Below are positions 52,428 to 62,648 of a stretch of 64,000 bases of DNA, piece by piece. Below the pieces are notes generated by a model, which searched no databases, was not told the DNA's origin, and saw nothing but the letters and a program-made list of their open reading frames with translations. The position numbers were made by a program, and so were the translations under genes. The stretch's first letter is position 1. Each line of letters opens with the position of its first letter. This stretch comes from Thecamonas trahens ATCC 50062 (lineage: Eukaryota; Protista; Apusomonadida): assembly GCF_000142905.1 (NCBI RefSeq), contig NW_013657676.1:372001-436000 (forward strand), read 5' to 3'.

Positions 52428-52742
52428 TCGGTCCCTCCCTCCTTCTCTTCCTCCCCCTTTATCTCAAGCTGTCGGGCGAGAGAGTTGGTAGTCGATCCCA
52501 GCCCGCCAAACACATCTCACCACATCGTTGCCGCTAGCGATGGCATGACGCAACCAAGCCGATTCCTGTAGCGTTGCCACAACCCGAGTGCCTACATCCA
52601 CACATACTGATAGTCCCCCAAACATCGAGCAGCAGGCAATGCGACGACGCAAGTCACGCCAAACTCCCTCTGGTCACGCGCAGGCACACAGGGAGACAAG
52701 CCCTCAGCCTTTGCCATCTATCCACACCACTCTCCCGTCACC

Positions 52743-54845
52743 ATGACAGAACTTCACCAGGTCCTGACGCTCGTGCTTGTCTTTGCCTTCATCTTCTCAC
52801 CCTCCACGGTGGCGGGGGGTAGTCCGTGCGGGCTGCCGGCCTCGCGCATGGCGTGCTTTGCCGACACGCCGCCGTGCGACTCGGCGCTCTTCTGCTCCGG
52901 CCCGCTGCTCCATGCCTTCCAGCTCTCGGGACTGTTCAACGATTCGAAGACTTTTGTAGATGCGCCGCTGCTGCCTGGAGTCACGCCCGCGGACGTGCTG
53001 GGGGTGTTCGACGCACTGAGCCCAAGTCAGAAGGCCAACGCATCCGTACTCCATGCTATCTACCTCGCCCACTATGACGAGCCTGGGTCGGACCTCGAGG
53101 CCTGGCTCCCACCTGACTGGCAGCCGCACCCGCCGCTGGTTGCCGCAGTCGCTGCCCGCTCGCCAAGCTACGGCGCATGGGCGGCTGATCTCAACGCGCT
53201 TTGGCACACTCTCGGCCGCAAGGTTGTCGCCGATGTCGAGGACCGGCCCGACGCCCACTCGCTGCTCTACGTCCCCAACGGGTTTGTTGTGCCTGGCGGC
53301 CGCTTCCGCGAGTGGTACAACTGGGACACGTTCTGGATCCTCCGCGGCCTGCTCGAGTGCGGCCTGACCAAGACGGTGGCGGGCATGCTCGAGAACTTTG
53401 GCACCATGGTTGAGACCTTTGGCTTTGTGCCCAACGGCGGGCGACGCTACTACATCGATCGCTCCCAGCCGCCGCTCTTTGCGCTCATGGTTGCCGAGTA
53501 CTACGATGCCACCCACGACTTGGGCCTTGTCTCGACGCTCTTCCCGCTCATCGCGAAAGAGTACGGCTGGTGGATGACGGAGCGGGTCGTAACCACGTCG
53601 TCAGGCGAGATGCTCAACATCTACCGGCCCAAAGTCGGCATGCCGCGCCCCGAGGGCTATGTCGAGGACCTCCAGCATGCCCAGGGTATGGGCCCTGTCG
53701 ACGCTGCGTGCCTCTACGCGCAGATTGCCGCTGGTGCGGAGACTGGATGGGACTTTTCCACCCGTTGGTTCGCCACGGGCTCGGACATCTCGTCGATCTG
53801 CGTCTCGTCGCTCGCGCCTGTTGATCTCAACGCGTTCCTTTTCCAGACCGAGACTACCCTGGCGAGGCTCGCTACTGTGCTCGGCCGGTCGTCGGACGCG
53901 GCCAAGTACGCGGCCGCAGCCAATCGCCGTGCGCAGGCCTTTGATGCATTTTTCTGGAACGAGGCTGCTGGCCAGTACGTTGACTATAATGTCTCGGCCG
54001 CAAGCCAGGTGCAACCGCCACACTCGGACTTTTACGTAGCGTCGATGATCCCAATTTGGGCAGGTCTTGCTTCCGGCAACGCGAGCCGAAGCGCGCAGAT
54101 CCGCGACGCGCTGCAGGGACTCGGCGTCCTCGACTTTGCCGCCGGCATCCCTACGTCGCTGGCCACCTCAGGCCAGCAGTGGGACATGCCTAACGCATGG
54201 GCGCCGATGCAGTTCTTCTCGATCTATGCCCTCGAGGCACTTGGCGAGGCGAGCCTCGCCACCCAGCTCGCCAAAACTTGGCTCGCCTCCAACTATGCGG
54301 CGTACAACTCGACCGGCCTGATGTGGGAAAAGTACAACGTGCTCAAGTTTGGCAAGCCCGGCGGAGGAGGCGAGTACACCGTGGCCACCGGCTTTGGGTG
54401 GACCAACGGTGTGCCGCCACACTCGGACTTTTACGTAGCGTCGATGATCCCAATTTGGGCAGGTCTTGCTTCCGGCAACGCGAGCCGAAGCGCGCAGATC
54501 CGCGACGCGCTGCAGGGACTCGGCGTCCTCGACTTTGCCGCCGGCATCCCTACGTCGCTGGCCACCTCGGGCCAGCAGTGGGACATGCCTAACGCATGGG
54601 CGCCGATGCAGTTCTTCTCGATCTATGCCCTCGAGGCACTTGGCGAGGCGAGCCTCGCCACCCAGCTCGCCAAAACTTGGCTCGCCTCCAACTATGCGGC
54701 GTACAACTCGACCGGCCTGATGTGGGAAAAGTACAACGTGCTCAAGTTTGGCAAGCCCGGCGGAGGAGGCGAGTACACCGTGGCCACCGGCTTTGGGTGG
54801 ACCAACGGTGTGGCGCTCGCGCTTCTCCGTGACTACTTTACGTAG
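52743..54845 (+). CDS. TREH: Secreted alpha,alpha-trehalase (GH37), with in-frame 133-aa C-terminal duplication
   Basis: Signal peptide; DSKTFVD, VPGGRFREWYNWD, PNGGRRYYIDRSQPP, AETGWDFSTRW, QQWDMPNAWAP, GGGGEY..GFGWTNG. Confidence 0.95.
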   Translation: MTELHQVLTLVLVFAFIFSPSTVAGGSPCGLPASRMACFADTPPCDSALFCSGPLLHAFQLSGLFNDSKTFVDAPLLPGVTPADVLGVFDALSPSQKANASVLHAIYLAHYDEPGSDLEAWLPPDWQPHPPLVAAVAARSPSYGAWAADLNALWHTLGRKVVADVEDRPDAHSLLYVPNGFVVPGGRFREWYNWDTFWILRGLLECGLTKTVAGMLENFGTMVETFGFVPNGGRRYYIDRSQPPLFALMVAEYYDATHDLGLVSTLFPLIAKEYGWWMTERVVTTSSGEMLNIYRPKVGMPRPEGYVEDLQHAQGMGPVDAACLYAQIAAGAETGWDFSTRWFATGSDISSICVSSLAPVDLNAFLFQTETTLARLATVLGRSSDAAKYAAAANRRAQAFDAFFWNEAAGQYVDYNVSAASQVQPPHSDFYVASMIPIWAGLASGNASRSAQIRDALQGLGVLDFAAGIPTSLATSGQQWDMPNAWAPMQFFSIYALEALGEASLATQLAKTWLASNYAAYNSTGLMWEKYNVLKFGKPGGGGEYTVATGFGWTNGVPPHSDFYVASMIPIWAGLASGNASRSAQIRDALQGLGVLDFAAGIPTSLATSGQQWDMPNAWAPMQFFSIYALEALGEASLATQLAKTWLASNYAAYNSTGLMWEKYNVLKFGKPGGGGEYTVATGFGWTNGVALALLRDYFT
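54015..54812 (+). repeat. 399-bp direct tandem duplication (54015-54413 / 54414-54812)
   Basis: Copies look identical by eye except one synonymous change (tca at 54170 vs tcg at 54569). Confidence 0.95.
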
Positions 54846-54900
54846 CCGCCCAGCGATACCAGTCCCACGTCACCGCACGTTGCGCTACATCAGCGTTTGT

Positions 54901-57900
54901 TCACAAGATAATGCAGCAAGCCTTGCCACCCGACCCAGTCTCGCCGGCGGGGCTGTCGCCGGCGTCATCAACTGCCGCATCGGCCGCGCCGGCGGGCACC
55001 AGCACCGACGCATCATCGCCATGGTCGCCGCTGGCAGACTCGAGACTCTCCAGCAGAGTGAGGATGTGGAGCGAGACCGAGTTGGCCCCGTATAGAAGCT
55101 CGCGCCAGGCGCCAGTTGCCTCGCGCTCGCCGCCTGATGTCAGCCGCGCGAGGCGATCAGCCAAGTCTGCTGCGCTCGTCACCACCTTGGACGCCAGCGG
55201 CTGGATCCGAGCTGCGAGCGCCTCACCCGAATCACCCGAGTCGGAGATGCGACGGGCGGTCGCGGTGGCGATCGACTTGAGCACATCGGCTGCCGACACG
55301 AGGCCCTGGCACGCCTCGCGAGTCGGAGCGAGCTCGATCCGCGCCTCAGCCGCCAGGTCCGCCTGCTTGACAAGGACCTCGAGGAGCTCGGCGAGGTCGT
55401 CCTCAATCTTCGCCAGCCGCCGCGAGTAAACTGCAGGATCACCGGCGTCCCGCGCCCGAGAGCGCTTGATGAGGAACTCAGCAAGGGCGTGCAGGTCGTC
55501 AAACCGGTTGCCGCCGCGGACCGAGCCGGATCGGCCGCCACCGGGCCCCTCGTAGAAGAGGTCGGTGACGGCACCGACGACGCGGCGGACTTGCTCGGCA
55601 AGCACCGCGGCGTCCGACGCGTGGGTGTCAAGCGCGTCGTCGGTGGCGCCGATGCGGTTGAGTGAGACGGTGAACCGTGCCGCGGCGTGCTCGATGTCCT
55701 CGATGCTACGCAGCAGACTGGCGGTCTCGGCGTCACTCACCTCGTCGCCTTCATCGTCAATGCCAGCACGCTCGCGGACCAACCCGCGCAGGACGTCGAG
55801 CATTTCCGGCAGCTGGAACTTGAGCCGCTCGGCGTTGACCGACTGGGCGTCTTCGACCGTCGCCGCCGACGCAATGGCCTTGAGCGAGGCGACAACTTCG
55901 AGGAGTGCCGAAACCGCCGATGACGAGAGCCCCGTCTCGGCCAGCGATCGCTCGTACTGGAGGAGAGCAACCGCAGCCTGGAACAGGTCCGAGTACGCTG
56001 GGCCGACAATAGGCGAGTTGCAAAACGCGTCTGGCCCGAGGTCGGCCGCAGACGGGCCGGCGTTCAGCCGGCTCGAGAACGTACGGCCCAGGTTGACGGC
56101 TGGGCCGGGCGCGGGCGGAAGCGGCTCGACTCCGCCATCACTGGCGCCTTCGCAGCTCCGTGCTGAGCTTGCCGGCGACTCGTTGGGCGGCGAGTCGAGG
56201 AGCGTTGCCAGGTCGCGGGCGCACTGGGCGGTGTCGAGGAGAGCCAGCGAGAGCTCGGTAGTGCGCCGAGCGTGGGTGCCCTGAATCGACGCGTCAGTCG
56301 CAGCCGCCTCGAGCGTCTGCAGCGACTCTTCGTACTTGGCGAGGCCATCGGTGAGAACGTCCGAAGCTGACGAGAGCAGCGTCGAGGCCTTGGCAACCGA
56401 GCCAGCCACCGGGACCGCACACATGCGCGAGAGGAGGCGCGAGTACTTGGCGGTCATGCCTTGCAGCGCCTGCGCCACCGAAGAGAGATTGGTGGCAACT
56501 GCAGACGGGTCGTTCGCGGTCGCAGACGCGTTGCGCGCAGCCTTGGCCACATGGTGCAGCGTGACGCAGAGCTTGTGCGACCAGGTCTTGGACTTGGGCC
56601 CGCCGCCGCGGGCCGAGTCGAGCCTGTTGATCTCTTTGGCCATCGACGCCAGCCTCGCGCCCGCATCGCCGAGTTCAGTGTACGCCTCCAGAAAGTGGTC
56701 TTGTGACGGCCCCGAGGCCCGCGACACCTCGAGCGTCACTGTCGTCAGCGAGCCGAGCAGTGCCGCGAGCGCACTGGCGAGCGCAACAACCGCCGACCCA
56801 TGATCGCGCTGGCGATCCGCGTTCTGCGGGGCGCGGACAAAGGCCTGGCCCGACGACGTCATGGCCACGGTCGCCTGCCGCAACTGCCGCGCCTCGGAGC
56901 CGAGGTTCGATGTCGATGCCGACGAGAACGAGCCCAGCGCGCCGAGTGTCGACTCGACCGTCGCCTGCACGCCCTCCAGCTCGGTTACGAGCGCCGCCGA
57001 TGCGGCAGGTACCTGTACGTAATTGCCATTGGTGTTGGCGAGCATTTGCAAGGCGTTGCGCACCTTGACCAGAAACGCGCGATATCCGGTCGTGACCGGG
57101 GTGACAAGCTCGGAGCTCGGCGGCTCTTCGATGTCCGGGTCGATCGCCTGGGTCTCCGAGTCGACGCGCTTAACGCACTCGTCGACCGCGGATATGGCGC
57201 TCGCCAATGAGGTTGTGTATGCGGTGACAAGCGGCTCAGAGAGCCGCAGCGCGCTTGCCAGCTTGCAGTCGGCCTGAAAGGCCTCCAGCGTGGCGACAGT
57301 GATGGCCTCGCCGAAAGCGGCGACAAAGGCGTCGATGGTGGCAATGTGGGCAACCGGGTTCGCTGCTCCAGCCATCTCACGAGCGCTACCCGACTCATCG
57401 GCGCCTGCACCGTCACCCTCATCCGGTGACACATACCGCGGCCCACCTTCGATGCCTGGCTCGCCCGAAGTGGTCGAGTCGAGCCGAACGCTGACATCGT
57501 CCATATAGCTGGCGGTCGCAGCGCGGAGCGCCAAGTGCAGCCGCTCAAGGTTTGGCTGCGACGCCGGCTCGGCGAGGCCTTGCGAGACCACAAAGGTGAG
57601 AAAGGCCGCGAGAGTGAGCGCGGCATTGCCGACGTCGGCTGCGGCGGATCCAAACTGGCTGCCCAAGACCCCGTGAGTGTTGGTCAGCTGAGCAAACGCC
57701 CGCTGCGCTGGCTCGAGAATGACAGCCAGCTGCGAGCAAAGCGATTGCTGGGCCGAGAACGAGCCGGCCGAGCGTAGGAGCTCAAGCGTGGCGTTGCACG
57801 ACTCGGCAAGGCCGGTGAACGAGTTGTACGCCATGTTGTGGGCGCTCGGCACTGGAGCGGCACCGGAGCCAGTCTCGGGCGAGAGCGCCGAGGCCTCGGC

Positions 57901-60729
57901 CGATGCCGCAAACGAGCCGAGGTAAATGTACGGCACGGTGACAGGCGCGTCGTACGCAGCCTGCGGGTCGGTCACCGGATGAGCCTTGAACGAAGTCACG
58001 CCGTCGTCACTCGGGGCGAGCAAGAGCTGACAGGCAGCGTTGGCGGTGGCGGCAGTGATGGCAAAGGCCACCGAGACTGCCTTGTCGAACGGAGCTGGAT
58101 CCTCCGAGTACAGCGCGGCGTAGTGCTCGAAAACAAGAGCCGCGGCCGAGGCGAGGGCGGCTGCGTGGGCGTCGGTGTTCGAGCTCTCGACGGCGGTGAC
58201 GGTGTGGAGGTGGAGCGCAGCGAGGCGGAGCTCCTCCAGGGCGCCGAGAAGGTGCTCCATCAGCAGGCGCAGGCGCGGCACAGCCGGCAGCTCGCCGTCT
58301 TTGAGTTCTTTCCACAGAGCGTGGACGGTCCGCGAAATGTGCTTAAACGCCTTGGAGAGCTTGTCCATGTCACGTGGGCTGAGCATGGGATGGGCCGGAC
58401 CGCTTGCAGCCTCCTTGACCAGTTTGTATCGTGCGGCGAGAAACCGTGCGAGCTGTTCGATCGAGTGGATGACCTGCTTGTGAAGCTCGGCCGCGGCCGA
58501 GACTGGAAGGCGCGGACCGATGCCGGTGGCGCTGCCGGTGGCAATGAGCCCCATTGGGCTCGTTGCCGAGACCGAGGCGCCATGCGGCGCAGTGACCGGG
58601 AGCGCGGTGGCGGCGGTGGCGGTGCGCGAGGCGGCGCGCGAGGCGGCAATGGTCTGCACATGTATAACAAGGTCGCGCCCGGGACCCAGCAGCCCGTTGA
58701 GTGCCGAGCAGAGCTGGACGCCGTACTTGACAACGCGTCCAGTCACCGTCGCGTTGCCGAGCGACGACTCGCCGACGTCGCGGACGGGCTCGAGAGCACG
58801 GGCAAGCTTGTGGCCGGCAACGTCGACGGCCGAGGCGTAGGTGAGCAACGCGTCGGCCGACGGCTCGTCAAAGACCCGCAGCTGGTCAGCAAGCGACGCG
58901 AGGTCGCTCTGCAGCATCTCGATGCTGGCGAGAAAAGCCGGCAGCGCGTCGGCGAGTGAGTCCGGGACGCCGCCCGAGACTGCCAGTGTCTTGACGCCAC
59001 GGGCTGCCTTCTTGATTGCGCTCGAGAGCTCGAGCCGCATCTTGCCGGCGCTGCCCTTGGCTTGCGACTCTTTGAGCGCCTTGTACTCGGCAATCATCGA
59101 CTTGGTGACGCCGACAATGGCCTCAAAGACCTCGTTGTACGAGCCGGCCTTGACTGGCTCGAGGCGTGGGTGCGGACCTGACGCCGCAGGCTCCAGAGCT
59201 GCGGCGGTGAGAGGCTTGGGCGCCACCTCCTTGGCCTTGGGTGGGTGCAAAGGAGTGCTTGACGGCTGGCTTCCACCGACATCAATGTGAATGTCGCCCA
59301 TGTCGAGCGGGCGCGAATCGGAACCAGGGCGAGCGCCAGCGGCCGACGCTGGGCGGGTGCTTGCCGACGATTCGTCGACGTCGTCGATGTCCGAGTCGGA
59401 CGCGTTCCCTCCGCCCGAGGTGTTGGACAGGTGCGCCACGCTGTCTGGCCAGGCGACTTTGATGTCGTTGGCGCCGTCAAGGATGGCAGGCGTCAGCTTC
59501 CACGCCGCTTGCGAGAACGGAACAACTGCGTTGGCCCACGGCGAGTGCTGTGGCGGGAACGAGAGGGCGGTGAGGCCGGGGGCGTTGGCGAGGTCGGCCT
59601 CGATGGCGAGAACAGCGACCTGGGCAATGACAGCATCGAGGGCGCGGGCAAAGGCGCGAGCGGCAGACGAGGCGGTCGAGGTGGTGCTCGGGGTCGAGAA
59701 CAGCGTCGCCTCCTTGAGGACGGCAACGTGGTTCGGCAGCTCGCGGGCGAGGCCGACCACCTCTGGGCCGGCCGGATGCGAGACGCCAGCCCGCTCGACG
59801 ACATGAACGGCGGCGAGAGCGAGGGCATCGACGGCTTCGGTGAGCCCGGTCAGCGCGTTCTGAGCGTGGCTGACCACTGTAGCCTTCTCAGACTTGGTGG
59901 TCACGACAGCGTGGACGGCAAGTGCGTCGACAAAGGCTCGGGTCCAGCCAGCAACGGCCGCGACAGAACGCTGGGCGTTGGCTGAAGCCTCACGGGCAGC
60001 ATCGCGGATAGGGCGACCCGAGTCATCGTAGCCGACCCACTCGCCGAGAAGAGAGGCCGAGAAGAGCGCCGCGCCGGCGCAGTGCTGGAGGGCGCGGACA
60101 GCCTTGGCAGTCTGCGAGCCCAGTGGCGCGAGCTCCTCGGGCGTGGCAGCAGCTGCAAGGGTGCCAGCAGCTGCAGCTGCGAGGTTTCGGAGCGCAGAAA
60201 GCAGGGCGTCGACCGAGTCCGCGCCAGTGAGCGCGTGCTTGGCGAGACGAAGCGCCCAGTGGAGGCGCTCGCGCCAGGGCGAGACAACGGCTGGCAGATC
60301 CAGCAAGTCGGCCGCAGCGTCGTAGTACGTGTGCACGCCCTGGAGAATGTCCGAGTCCATGGGGGGTTGCCAGCCGTCAAGACGGGCAAGCGCAGCCGCT
60401 GCCGCTGCAAGATGGTAGGCCGGGACCGCGACGGCGGCCGGCGGGTCGAGCCCCGCAGCCACCTGCGCCGAGAGAACACAGGCGGCGGCCCAGTGGAGCG
60501 AGGTCTGCGGCGAGTATGGCGGGCCCGAGGCCGCAAGAAGCTTGGTAGCCACAGCTTCAGGCTCCCACCATGGAGCTGCAGAGCCATTCTTCCAACCCGA
60601 CACGGTGTGAAGCTCCGACTTGGAGGCGGCCGACGCCAGCGGCGCCGTTGCATGGGCCGGCAGCGGCGGTGGCGGCACGAAAGATGCCGCCTCCAGGGCC
60701 TCTGCGGAGAAGAACTGAGCAGGCAGCAT
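54901..60729 (-). CDS. Large (1942 aa) Ala-rich helical-bundle protein, talin-rod/vinculin-like, with C-terminal CaaX (CCIIL)
   Basis: Single long ORF. Serial amphipathic helices, e.g. LGSEARQLRQATVAMTSSGQAFVRAPQNADRQRDHGSAVVALASALAALLGSL. Ends GGKACCIIL*. Confidence 0.65.
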   Translation of the reverse strand: MLPAQFFSAEALEAASFVPPPPLPAHATAPLASAASKSELHTVSGWKNGSAAPWWEPEAVATKLLAASGPPYSPQTSLHWAAACVLSAQVAAGLDPPAAVAVPAYHLAAAAAALARLDGWQPPMDSDILQGVHTYYDAAADLLDLPAVVSPWRERLHWALRLAKHALTGADSVDALLSALRNLAAAAAGTLAAAATPEELAPLGSQTAKAVRALQHCAGAALFSASLLGEWVGYDDSGRPIRDAAREASANAQRSVAAVAGWTRAFVDALAVHAVVTTKSEKATVVSHAQNALTGLTEAVDALALAAVHVVERAGVSHPAGPEVVGLARELPNHVAVLKEATLFSTPSTTSTASSAARAFARALDAVIAQVAVLAIEADLANAPGLTALSFPPQHSPWANAVVPFSQAAWKLTPAILDGANDIKVAWPDSVAHLSNTSGGGNASDSDIDDVDESSASTRPASAAGARPGSDSRPLDMGDIHIDVGGSQPSSTPLHPPKAKEVAPKPLTAAALEPAASGPHPRLEPVKAGSYNEVFEAIVGVTKSMIAEYKALKESQAKGSAGKMRLELSSAIKKAARGVKTLAVSGGVPDSLADALPAFLASIEMLQSDLASLADQLRVFDEPSADALLTYASAVDVAGHKLARALEPVRDVGESSLGNATVTGRVVKYGVQLCSALNGLLGPGRDLVIHVQTIAASRAASRTATAATALPVTAPHGASVSATSPMGLIATGSATGIGPRLPVSAAAELHKQVIHSIEQLARFLAARYKLVKEAASGPAHPMLSPRDMDKLSKAFKHISRTVHALWKELKDGELPAVPRLRLLMEHLLGALEELRLAALHLHTVTAVESSNTDAHAAALASAAALVFEHYAALYSEDPAPFDKAVSVAFAITAATANAACQLLLAPSDDGVTSFKAHPVTDPQAAYDAPVTVPYIYLGSFAASAEASALSPETGSGAAPVPSAHNMAYNSFTGLAESCNATLELLRSAGSFSAQQSLCSQLAVILEPAQRAFAQLTNTHGVLGSQFGSAAADVGNAALTLAAFLTFVVSQGLAEPASQPNLERLHLALRAATASYMDDVSVRLDSTTSGEPGIEGGPRYVSPDEGDGAGADESGSAREMAGAANPVAHIATIDAFVAAFGEAITVATLEAFQADCKLASALRLSEPLVTAYTTSLASAISAVDECVKRVDSETQAIDPDIEEPPSSELVTPVTTGYRAFLVKVRNALQMLANTNGNYVQVPAASAALVTELEGVQATVESTLGALGSFSSASTSNLGSEARQLRQATVAMTSSGQAFVRAPQNADRQRDHGSAVVALASALAALLGSLTTVTLEVSRASGPSQDHFLEAYTELGDAGARLASMAKEINRLDSARGGGPKSKTWSHKLCVTLHHVAKAARNASATANDPSAVATNLSSVAQALQGMTAKYSRLLSRMCAVPVAGSVAKASTLLSSASDVLTDGLAKYEESLQTLEAAATDASIQGTHARRTTELSLALLDTAQCARDLATLLDSPPNESPASSARSCEGASDGGVEPLPPAPGPAVNLGRTFSSRLNAGPSAADLGPDAFCNSPIVGPAYSDLFQAAVALLQYERSLAETGLSSSAVSALLEVVASLKAIASAATVEDAQSVNAERLKFQLPEMLDVLRGLVRERAGIDDEGDEVSDAETASLLRSIEDIEHAAARFTVSLNRIGATDDALDTHASDAAVLAEQVRRVVGAVTDLFYEGPGGGRSGSVRGGNRFDDLHALAEFLIKRSRARDAGDPAVYSRRLAKIEDDLAELLEVLVKQADLAAEARIELAPTREACQGLVSAADVLKSIATATARRISDSGDSGEALAARIQPLASKVVTSAADLADRLARLTSGGEREATGAWRELLYGANSVSLHILTLLESLESASGDHGDDASVLVPAGAADAAVDDAGDSPAGETGSGGKACCIIL

Positions 60730-61181
60730 GCGCTTGGATCTTACAAACTAGTTGTAGTCTCTGTGCAAGGCAGGGGGAGGAAGAAGGTCACGCGAGCGGT
60801 GGTGCCAGACGTCTCCAAGTGCGGAGCCGGGGAGGGCGCCGGCAGCACAGCTGATCGTGATCGGTTGGCGACTGCGGTGGCTTTGGCGGTTTGGGGGGGC
60901 GGGGAGGGGGGAATTTGCCCGCAGTTGCTGTGATGATGTTGATGACGGATTATGGGGAGAGAACGGGAGCCGTGGTGGTGGGGAAGGGGGAGGGGATGCG
61001 GTTGTTGAACCGTTGTTGTGAGGGCAGAAGGGTCTCGATCGTCGTGGGGGAGGAGGCGGGGGGGGGGGGGGGGGGTGGGGGGGTTGCGACGGGGCTGACG
61101 CTATGATTGATGAATGCAACAATTGAATGGCGGCCGGTATCGTCGTCAGAGACGGGCGAATCTCTCTCTCGCTCGGCACTC

Positions 61182-62499
61182 ATGCTGCGACTGCTTGTTC
61201 CCAGCGCGCTCAAGTCTGCGCGGGTGGTTGTGCCCAAGGCGGCGCCTGCCCTGCTCATGGGCACGCCTGCTTCTTCCTCGTCCAACGACGAGTCCAACGC
61301 CAAGTCTGCTGCTGCTGCTCCGGCCCTGCGTGCCGCTGCGCCGGCCCTTGACGGTACGCCCTACACCACCGAGCGCTCGGCTGCTGACGCGCTGGCCCTC
61401 CCGCCCGCCCGCTGGCCAGTTCCGCGGCGGCGGCAGGAGCTACCGCAGCGTCGAGCGCCTGCTACCATGCACCACACATGCCATGACTTCCTCCACACTC
61501 TACACACTCCACTCTGCTATCCCTGGGCCGTCCTCGCGCCCCCATGCGCTCCTTATGCTTCGCCCCGACAAGCTTCGGCCGGCAAAAAATTGGATGCGCG
61601 ACGAGGCGGCGCTGCCGCTCAGCGGTGGCGTCCCGCATAACGGCGGACATGGGCTTTGGGTGTGAGATATGGAGGGGGAAATATCGTGTGGAGGCAAGTT
61701 GCTCGGCAACAAATGCAAGCGGGAGGAAGGGGGCAAGTGGTGGGCGTGACATGGATGGGTACTCACCGAGTATATGTGGAACAACACGCTGTGGACCGAC
61801 TGGCGCGGTGGTTGGCGATGACTCGCGGATACTGACGACGACGATATGATGGGGGGGGGGCATGGATTGGCTCGTGGACGTTGCGGGAGAATAGCGTTCT
61901 CGTCGCCGTCGGCTCTGGTCCGGCACGCGTCGGGCATGCCGACTACGGGCCCGGACTTTGGAAAGTACAAGGCCAAGGGCGAGACGCCGGAGTCGTCGCG
62001 CGCCTACGCGTACATGATGGTGGGCGCGACCGGGTTTGTGGCTGCGACGATGGCCAAGACTATGGTTGTGGACTTTGTTTCGACGATGTCTGCGTCTGCG
62101 GATGTTCTGGCGCTGTCGTCGGTCGAGGTTGACGTCGCGTCGATCCCCGAGGGCAAGTCTGTCGTCGTCAAGTGGCGCGGCAAGCCGGTGTTCATCAAGC
62201 ACCGGACCAAGGCTGACATTGACCGCGAGGGTGCGCTCGACACGTCGACGCTCCGCGACCCGGAAACCGATGCCATCCGCCACGCCCCGGGCCGCCCCGA
62301 GTGGCTCGTCCTCCTTGCCATCTGCACCCATCTCGGCTGCGTGCCCATCGCCGGCCAGGGCGACTACAACGGCTACTTCTGCCCTTGCCACGGCTCGCAC
62401 TACGACGGCTCCGGTCGCATCCGCAAGGGCCCGGCTCCGCGCAACCTCGAGATCCCCGAGTACACCTTTGTCTCGGACTCGGTGGTCAAGATCGGATAA
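61182..62499 (+). CDS. UQCRFS1: Mitochondrial cytochrome bc1 Rieske iron-sulfur protein; intron 61354-61894
   Basis: Exon 1 is a presequence ([15 protein letters not shown]). [23 protein letters not shown] and CPCHGS motifs. Confidence 0.97.
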
Positions 62500-62648
62500 T
62501 CGGTCGAGGCGCTCTTCAACAATGAACACCAGCTCCCTCTCCTTCCAAACTGGCGCTCGCCGCATTCAGCCAGGCTCGTGCTGCGGCTTCCATGCCTCCG
62601 CAATCCGCTCTCGACCTCGACCCATACCTGCACGCTTGTCTCGGCACC

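Noticed and set aside
7251-60933. Numerous long antisense or alternative-frame ORFs (e.g. 20746-22332, 22981-24195, 27155-28588, 36112-37548)
   Set aside because: Shadow ORFs expected from high GC3 codon bias opposite real genes; no recognisable motifs
61107-61640. 177-aa ORF as an independent gene
   Set aside because: Its first part is exon 1 (mitochondrial presequence) of the Rieske gene; the rest is intron read-through
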